A stretch of 64,000 nt of DNA from an uncultured virus (IMG/VR IMGVR_UViG_3300028581_000034). Lineage: Duplodnaviria > Heunggongvirae > Uroviricota > Caudoviricetes. Shown in pieces: positions 58,134 to 64,000 of the stretch (positions within the stretch are counted from its first letter, which is position 1; each line of letters begins with the position of its first letter). Below the pieces are notes generated by a model. It searched no databases and was not told the origin of the DNA. It saw nothing but the letters and a program-made list of their open reading frames with translations. The stretch lies in IMG/VR virus record IMGVR_UViG_3300028581_000034, one strand, 5' to 3'. A program made the position numbers and the translations under genes.

Positions 58134-59660
58134 ATGGAACATATACAAGAGCAAGTCAATAAAATACAAGAGCAAATAGTCCACGAACAAAAAAAAGAAG
58201 AGGTTAAAGTTCTAATCAAAGAAATGAAAAAAATCGGAATTGAGAAACTTCCGTACGCCTATTCAGCCATCAGTAGATTTATTGACCCCGAAACAATGGA
58301 TGTTCATTACAACAAACATTACAAGGGTTACGTTAACAAATTAAATCAACTACTGAAGAAAAGAAAAGGTGACCAAGACCTTGAAAAAATAATCAGAAAC
58401 ATTTCTCGTTATCCAAAAGGTATCAGAGATAACGCAGGTGGTGCATTTAACCACGCTTTGTTTTGGAATATGTTAACACCAAAACAAATGAAGATTACCA
58501 CAGAGTTGGAAGATATTATCAAGAAAGACTTTGGCACCTATGAAAAATTCAAACAACAATTTGAAACCGTTGCAAAAGAAAGATTCGGTTCAGGTTGGGT
58601 GTGGTTGGTATTAACCAACAAAGGGACACTAAAAATTATGTCCACCCCAAACCAAGACAATCCACTGATGAACATTATTGAAGGTGGGGGTTATCCGTTG
58701 TTAGGATTAGATGTTTGGGAACATGCTTATTATCTCAAATATAAAAATAAGAGAGATGAATACGTTAAAAACTTTTGGTCTGTAATTAATTGGGATTTTG
58801 TCACTAACTTGTACAAAATGAAAACTGAAACCTCATTATTAGAATCTGTAGAAATGGGAAAATTTTTGAATGAAACAAAATCCGAAGGATGTTCACGAGA
58901 AGACATTGAAACTTATCGTGTTCTATTTAACGTGAACAAAAACGCAAGAAACATCTACAAAAACACAATCATCAAAGTTCAACAAAAAGTTTTTGCTGAC
59001 AAGTATCACACCAAAAGAGAAGATGGTGAAATACCTGGTGTTTACAATTTAGAAAAACCAGGTCGTTCAGTTATCAACTATATGAACACAAACTACTCGG
59101 TTTTCTGTATCATGGTTAATGATTTAAATAAAGTTATTCAAGGTAAGATGGGTCAAGAACCAATATCTTTTGAATTGAAGACTCCCGCTGAACAGATTAT
59201 TGAAATGAAGAGAATGTGTAACTACATTGAAAAGTTCCAAGATAGAATTTTCTCAAAAACATCACACACATTTAAGAATATTATGGCAACTCTCAAAGAA
59301 AAAGATTCCATCGGAATTAAACGAGAAGAGATGGCAAAAAAAGTTTTGGAAACTAAATTACCTGAAACTACCGTTGAAATTGTCGCGGGTGCGGGTAAAG
59401 AGAAAGATGCTTACAAGAAAATTGATTTAGAAATTATTCACAAAGGAAGAAAAATTACCGCACAGGTAAAAGGTTTTGATGAACTTATTCCCGAGGATGA
59501 AAAGTTAGTTGTCACAAAAACAGGAGAAATTGACAAATATAAAGTTGATTGGATGGTTTTTATTCGTGGTAAAAATGTTTTAGTCTTTAGAAACCGACCT
59601 GAAATAGTTCTTGGTCAGTATGTATTTGACAAGAACGACTTATTATACCACATTAAGTAA
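58134..59660 (+). CDS. sodA: Fe/Mn superoxide dismutase (Mn-type signature) fused to a C-terminal nuclease-like domain
   Basis: KLPYAY, HYNKH, GGAFNHALFW, FGSGWVWL, NQDNP and DVWEHAYY, plus about 280 extra aa with IDLEI...TAQVK. Confidence 0.88.
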   Translation: MEHIQEQVNKIQEQIVHEQKKEEVKVLIKEMKKIGIEKLPYAYSAISRFIDPETMDVHYNKHYKGYVNKLNQLLKKRKGDQDLEKIIRNISRYPKGIRDNAGGAFNHALFWNMLTPKQMKITTELEDIIKKDFGTYEKFKQQFETVAKERFGSGWVWLVLTNKGTLKIMSTPNQDNPLMNIIEGGGYPLLGLDVWEHAYYLKYKNKRDEYVKNFWSVINWDFVTNLYKMKTETSLLESVEMGKFLNETKSEGCSREDIETYRVLFNVNKNARNIYKNTIIKVQQKVFADKYHTKREDGEIPGVYNLEKPGRSVINYMNTNYSVFCIMVNDLNKVIQGKMGQEPISFELKTPAEQIIEMKRMCNYIEKFQDRIFSKTSHTFKNIMATLKEKDSIGIKREEMAKKVLETKLPETTVEIVAGAGKEKDAYKKIDLEIIHKGRKITAQVKGFDELIPEDEKLVVTKTGEIDKYKVDWMVFIRGKNVLVFRNRPEIVLGQYVFDKNDLLYHIK

Positions 59661-59668
59661 TTTTAAAG

Positions 59669-59676
59669 TATTTATA
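59669..59676 (+). promoter_or_regulatory. TATTTATA putative late promoter (neck gene)
   Basis: 3 nt before ATG 59680; the motif switches strand with the gene. Confidence 0.6.
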
Positions 59677-59679
59677 GGT

Positions 59680-60798
59680 ATGCCAGTAATACCCGAACCA
59701 GAAAGAAGTAAAATCTATACAAGGATTAAACACCAATTAGGTGCTCCCCTTAGAAGTGTAGAACTTGAGGATGAAATGTTAGATTCCTTAATGGAACTAT
59801 CTGTTCAAGATTATGAACAATATACCCTTGATTGGTTAATTGAATCTAATTGGGTTAACTTAGTTAACTTGAACATGAGTGAGAAATCAGTTGCGCAAGC
59901 TTTGATTACACGTACCATGAATTTAGAAGACCAATTTTCGTATTCATATTCAAAAATTGTTGGATTACAAACAAAAGGTCCTTGGGTTTTAAAGAAGGAT
60001 TATTTCATTTTAAGTGCTAATACACAAACCTATGAGATTCCTGCTGGTAGGGAAGTTAATGAACTATTGTGGTTCTCAAACCAATCTTCACAAAGTTTGG
60101 CCTTGTTTGGTGGTATAGGTGGTGGATTTGGTGGTGTTGGATTAGGAGCATCTCAAGCTGGTTATGCTCAGTTTGGTAATGTTGGTTCATACTTTATGAT
60201 GAGTGGTTTTGACTATCTATTAAGGGCTCAAGAAGCAAACATTTTGAATAGAATTTTAGGTGGTTCATTAACTTATCGTATCACAGGTTTACCTGATGGT
60301 AAGAGATTAATTCACTTATACAATACCCCAGGAGGAAGATTCAATTGGAATAACTACTCATTATATGCAGGTAAAGCTGTTTGGTATTGGTATTACGAAA
60401 CAACACCTGATAGTAGGGCAGATTGTTTAAGAGACAATCCTGACGTTATTAAATTACCTTCAGATGTTCCCATTCAAGACTTGACATGGGAAGAGTTAAA
60501 TGCACCTGCTCAACAGTGGGTTAGACGTTGGTTCACCGCCTATGCTAAAGAAACTTTAGCTCGTGTTAGAGGAAAATATAGTGGAAACTTAAAAACTCCT
60601 GACACAGAAATTGTTATGGATTACCAATCCCTATTAACAGAAGCTAAAGACGAAAAAACAAAATTAGAGGAAGAATTGAAATTACGATTAGAGAGACTGC
60701 GTCCTGAAAACCAAATGAAGAAGGAAGCTGAAATTGCAGAAAATCTTAATAAACAAATGAAATTCCGTGCGGCACCAAGACAAATATATGTAATATAA
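59680..60798 (+). CDS. Neck / head-to-tail adaptor (T4 gp13-like); start moved to ATG 59680
   Basis: IKHQLGAPLRSVELEDEML...; WVRRWFTAYAKETLARVRGKY...LLTEAKDEKTKLEEEL. TATTTATA at 59669-59676. Confidence 0.8.
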   Translation: MPVIPEPERSKIYTRIKHQLGAPLRSVELEDEMLDSLMELSVQDYEQYTLDWLIESNWVNLVNLNMSEKSVAQALITRTMNLEDQFSYSYSKIVGLQTKGPWVLKKDYFILSANTQTYEIPAGREVNELLWFSNQSSQSLALFGGIGGGFGGVGLGASQAGYAQFGNVGSYFMMSGFDYLLRAQEANILNRILGGSLTYRITGLPDGKRLIHLYNTPGGRFNWNNYSLYAGKAVWYWYYETTPDSRADCLRDNPDVIKLPSDVPIQDLTWEELNAPAQQWVRRWFTAYAKETLARVRGKYSGNLKTPDTEIVMDYQSLLTEAKDEKTKLEEELKLRLERLRPENQMKKEAEIAENLNKQMKFRAAPRQIYVI

Positions 60799-60801
60799 TT
60801 T

Positions 60802-61137
60802 ATGTCCATTATAAAAAGCACACCAGCGCAAAGAGTAATTAACGGAAAATTAATAACAACCTCAGAAGTATCCGTTGTCAGTGAATCATTTTATGAAACA
60901 AATGGTGAGGCTTGTGTCGTAATACGAGGTATTGACCAATGTAAAGTTAAGTTAAATGCAATAACCACAGACCATACTGTGATTAAAGCGATGACAAACG
61001 TAACAATTGTTCCCGACCGAGGATGGATTGATGAAGAATTTGACGAACTTGTTATAGGTCGTGGAGCCTGTGTTGAATTTAGATTCTGTGCGGGTACTTG
61101 GTATATTATATCATCTGACGGTCTTAAGAATTCGTAA
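60802..61137 (+). CDS. Hypothetical beta-rich protein
   Basis: 111 aa ORF starting 3 nt after the neck gene stop. Confidence 0.65.
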   Translation: MSIIKSTPAQRVINGKLITTSEVSVVSESFYETNGEACVVIRGIDQCKVKLNAITTDHTVIKAMTNVTIVPDRGWIDEEFDELVIGRGACVEFRFCAGTWYIISSDGLKNS

Positions 61138-61411
61138 TAGAGATATTCTCTAAATCACGAATTTTAATATTCTTTAATCCAGTTGTTCCGTGAGATAACT
61201 CAGCAATCTTACCTTGGTTTGCAAGATATTCAAACACATAGTAAAGATAGTCGGGTAAAACCAAATCAGGACGTGTAACAGTAACCCCAATATGTTCAGG
61301 AGAAAATTCACGAGTGGGTCTTCCAACAGTAGTTTCACCACCTTTACGGATTAACCAAAAATTGGCGTCGGGATTGTTAACACTAAAATCAACTAGGTGT
61401 TTCAACTTCAT
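61124..61411 (-). CDS. 95 aa protein resembling part of a type I R-M specificity (HsdS) target-recognition domain; start moved to ATG 61411
   Basis: MKLKHLV...LPDYLYYVFEYL...IAELSHGTT.LKNIKIRDLENISI. Confidence 0.55.
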   Translation of the reverse strand: MKLKHLVDFSVNNPDANFWLIRKGGETTVGRPTREFSPEHIGVTVTRPDLVLPDYLYYVFEYLANQGKIAELSHGTTGLKNIKIRDLENISITNS

Positions 61412-64000
61412 AACTGTAAATATACTGCTCCCAACCTTCTTCCGCCAAATCATACATATAATTTGGGGATAAACCTCGTTTATTCCAATAAGAAACTTCA
61501 CCTTCTGACATATTCATAACCTCATCAAGTTCATCTTGGTCACCTTGTCCCATAGGTAATCCATTGATTAATTCACACTGAGCCTTGGTAAAAATACCAC
61601 GATTACTTGGGTCATCAACAATTAATTCCTTACGAACATCTTGTTTGAAACATACCAACAAAGGTTCAATACGTTTGTTAAAAGTGGTGATTGCTCTTGG
61701 TACATTATATTCACCTGTTAAGTCAGGATTGTTTTCCAAATCATCAGGACTAAGAATATAACAATTTAATCTAATCATAGATGTCATAGACTCGTCAGGT
61801 TCTTTACCATTATTCAAAACATAATACTCCAAATCTTCTTTTCTCCAACCACTCTTTAGTTTGTTAACTTTTTGAACATCACCATAAGACGCTTTCAGAC
61901 CGTTGTTAACATACATAATAACATCTCCCAAGTTTACGTTCATCTTGTGGTGAAGTGCCAATTCCATGTGAGCTTGTCTTGCCATCAAGGAACCCGCTTT
62001 GGTGGTCTGTGTACAACGATACTTGTAATCTGATAGTGTTTGTTTCACTTTCGCCCTTTGAGCGATTTGAGCAAGTGGAATTTGTTTGTCATAAATCTTC
62101 TGAATGTATTCATAATAATATTCTACAAACTCTTGACCCTTACCCTCTAACAACATCTTAATTCCTTTGTCCAAGAATTTTTCAATATAACCAGGTAGTT
62201 TCTTTGACTTAATGGAGTTACCTGTAAGTTTAATCTTACCCTTATAATCCATAACCGCATAGTTCTTACGGGCAAGGTTAATACAGCTCGGCCATACACC
62301 ATCCGTATCAAGAGCCATCTCACCCCTCATGAAGATATCGTTGTATTCGGCAACATCCGACTCAGCACCTTCATAAACCTTACCATCTTTTACTTTCCAG
62401 TTCAGTCCACGACCAACATATTTTCTTTCATTGACACCATCAGGAAGTGAGAAGTTCACACCGTCCGTATCCATTACAAGTGGAGTGTATCCACGAGACA
62501 TGAAGAACTTAATCATCTGACGGAGATATTGTCTACCCGTACAGGTAATCTGTTCACCCATAAACATGTCACCCCATGCATAAACTTGAGGTGCCGAAAG
62601 TGCACCGAACATGGAGTTGATAAAGATTTTAATTGGTAACTGTTTGTTGTTATAGGTCGCCGCTTTATTTGGGTCGGTAGTATAACAATCCTCAGCTAAC
62701 TCTTTGTATTTGATACGAGTGTCACGGAAATACTTCAACATCCCTTTCATCGCACCTGTCACGTCACATTGGGGGAACACATCGTGTACCAACTGAATTG
62801 AAGGGTATAGTGACGAAAAGTCAAGTTTGAGTACGTCTTTTGAATATCCAACTTTAAGTAGTCGTGATAATCCACCAACAAAGTCTGTTTTACCTTGTTT
62901 TGCTGGAATAGCCAAATTGTGTTTGTAACTCCAAGCCAACATTAACATTTTCCAAAGAGTGGCGGTACCCATGGTAGATACCCTTTCATATGTTGTTGGA
63001 ATCATTGATGCAAGAAGGAACGAACCTTGGTTAAATTCTTTATCAACTTTTAAGGTTTCTTCCAAGTCATCTTGGAGGTATCGTTCAACAATTTCAGAAC
63101 CTGTTGTGAGAATATATGTATCGGGAAACTTTTTATCCAAATCAACAAAATCACCTTTTTTTCTATACTCACCATTTTTGATATTCAACCAATACTCTTG
63201 GTTTTCGGTGTACATCTTACCGATACTGTCATGACCAATGTATACACGGTCTTCTTCTTTTACATTGATGAATTCTGCAATATACTTCAAACCCGCAGAT
63301 TTGATTGATGAGTTAATTGCTTGTGCTCTACGAACCGCGTGAATAATATCAATTACATTGTAACCCCAAATGGAAGTCTGCATAAAGTCTTCCACTTCGT
63401 TTGCGAGTTTAAGAATTGTCTTCTTTTGAGTTATTGAATGTTGAGGGTGTAATGAACGACACACCTTTCTGATATCAATACCCAATATTTTACAACGTTC
63501 AAATATCCAATACCAGTCAAAGTTTGCGGAGTTGTAACCACCGATGATACTTGGTTTTAATTCGTTAATTACGTTGAAGAACTCTAATATTCCTTTCTTT
63601 TCATCTTCCTCATTAATACACTCAATAATTCTGTTGAACCCTTTATTGGTTCTAATACCTATCATGAATATACGACCGTGCTTTGGTTCAAGTGAGGTCG
63701 TCTCCAAGTCATATACCAATCGGGTTACCTCATCATAATCCTCGTAACCTTTGAATAGACGTTTTTCTTTGGAAATAAAATATTGTTCTACGGGAGGTAG
63801 AATCATAATCTTGTCTTTAAACTTTTCACCCCAAGGGTCTGCGCCACCATCACGGAAAAACTGAATTAAGTGTCTATAACCTTTCAGTGACTTAACCATA
63901 TAGGTAAGCCCATTCTCCATACGTTCATCACCGTGGGTTTGAAGTTTCTCAATCACAATACCGTGATTTGTCATAGCTTCTTTCTGAGCCCCTTTTGAGT
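61389..64000 (-). CDS. Family B DNA polymerase, probably 5'-truncated by window edge
   Basis: ExoI YDLETT, ExoII GYNSANFDW, ExoIII YLQDD; DFSSLYPS, KIFINSMFG and MDTDGV. The frame stays open upstream of ATG 63974 to the edge. Confidence 0.95.
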   Translation of the reverse strand, partial: SKGAQKEAMTNHGIVIEKLQTHGDERMENGLTYMVKSLKGYRHLIQFFRDGGADPWGEKFKDKIMILPPVEQYFISKEKRLFKGYEDYDEVTRLVYDLETTSLEPKHGRIFMIGIRTNKGFNRIIECINEEDEKKGILEFFNVINELKPSIIGGYNSANFDWYWIFERCKILGIDIRKVCRSLHPQHSITQKKTILKLANEVEDFMQTSIWGYNVIDIIHAVRRAQAINSSIKSAGLKYIAEFINVKEEDRVYIGHDSIGKMYTENQEYWLNIKNGEYRKKGDFVDLDKKFPDTYILTTGSEIVERYLQDDLEETLKVDKEFNQGSFLLASMIPTTYERVSTMGTATLWKMLMLAWSYKHNLAIPAKQGKTDFVGGLSRLLKVGYSKDVLKLDFSSLYPSIQLVHDVFPQCDVTGAMKGMLKYFRDTRIKYKELAEDCYTTDPNKAATYNNKQLPIKIFINSMFGALSAPQVYAWGDMFMGEQITCTGRQYLRQMIKFFMSRGYTPLVMDTDGVNFSLPDGVNERKYVGRGLNWKVKDGKVYEGAESDVAEYNDIFMRGEMALDTDGVWPSCINLARKNYAVMDYKGKIKLTGNSIKSKKLPGYIEKFLDKGIKMLLEGKGQEFVEYYYEYIQKIYDKQIPLAQIAQRAKVKQTLSDYKYRCTQTTKAGSLMARQAHMELALHHKMNVNLGDVIMYVNNGLKASYGDVQKVNKLKSGWRKEDLEYYVLNNGKEPDESMTSMIRLNCYILSPDDLENNPDLTGEYNVPRAITTFNKRIEPLLVCFKQDVRKELIVDDPSNRGIFTKAQCELINGLPMGQGDQDELDEVMNMSEGEVSYWNKRGLSPNYMYDLAEEGWEQYIYSYEVETPS

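Noticed and set aside
59611..59679. TTG-started extension of the neck gene
   Set aside because: Overlaps the SOD gene and lies upstream of the TATTTATA motif; ATG 59680 fits better.
61412..61501. Extension of the HsdS-like ORF
   Set aside because: Lies entirely within the polymerase 3' end in another frame; ATG 61411 is more plausible.
5287..63738. The many 60-150 aa ORFs nested in or antisense to long genes
   Set aside because: They lie within well-supported genes and show no recognisable motifs or initiation context.
1..64000. Stop-codon recoding, as seen in some large phages
   Set aside because: Code 11 gives near-complete coding density with intact multi-kb genes, and TAA, TAG and TGA all end genes.
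1..64000. tRNA, rRNA, group I/II introns, DGR template repeats
   Set aside because: Intergenic gaps are short and AT-rich, nrdA, nrdB and polymerase are uninterrupted, and there is no reverse transcriptase. Not checked with tRNAscan or Infernal.

Overview
A 64 kb, AT-rich, densely coding segment of a large T4-like contractile-tail (myovirus, probably jumbo) phage genome that reads with the standard genetic code. Both edge genes are cut by the window. Most genes are on the minus strand. In order: collagen-like, Pro/Thr-rich and SprB-repeat fibre or decoration proteins (1-7.3 kb); baseplate-associated proteins, gp6-like and gp25-like wedge (7.3-22.4 kb); a nucleotide and replication block (nrdA, ATP-cone-fused nrdB with class Id signature, gp41-like helicase, 5'-3' exonuclease, RecA/UvsX, gp32-like SSB, two free-standing HNH-type endonucleases; 22.5-32 kb); baseplate hub, gp53-like, OmpA-domain tube initiator, tape measure, tail chaperones, tube, HAD phosphatase, sheath, tail terminator and neck (33-54.7 kb); then an intein-containing SNF2 helicase, a Mn-type SOD fused to a nuclease-like domain, a gp13-like neck protein, a small HsdS-like protein and a family B DNA polymerase. 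SprB-type repeats and the RNR type suggest a Bacteroidota host (inference). Main hunt results: (1) a two-gene RHH + Zn-finger/HNH cassette present twice, with the RHH genes missing from the ORF track; (2) an oriented TATTTAT(A) motif before most structural genes, the reverse complement of the T4 late promoter, supported by a perfect 17-bp hairpin gating an HNH gene; (3) a candidate +1 frameshift (UUU_CGU_C) in the tail chaperone pair; (4) a class Id-type RNR together with a SOD-nuclease-like fusion that may be virion-packaged. All family calls come from motif recognition by eye, and no database search was run.
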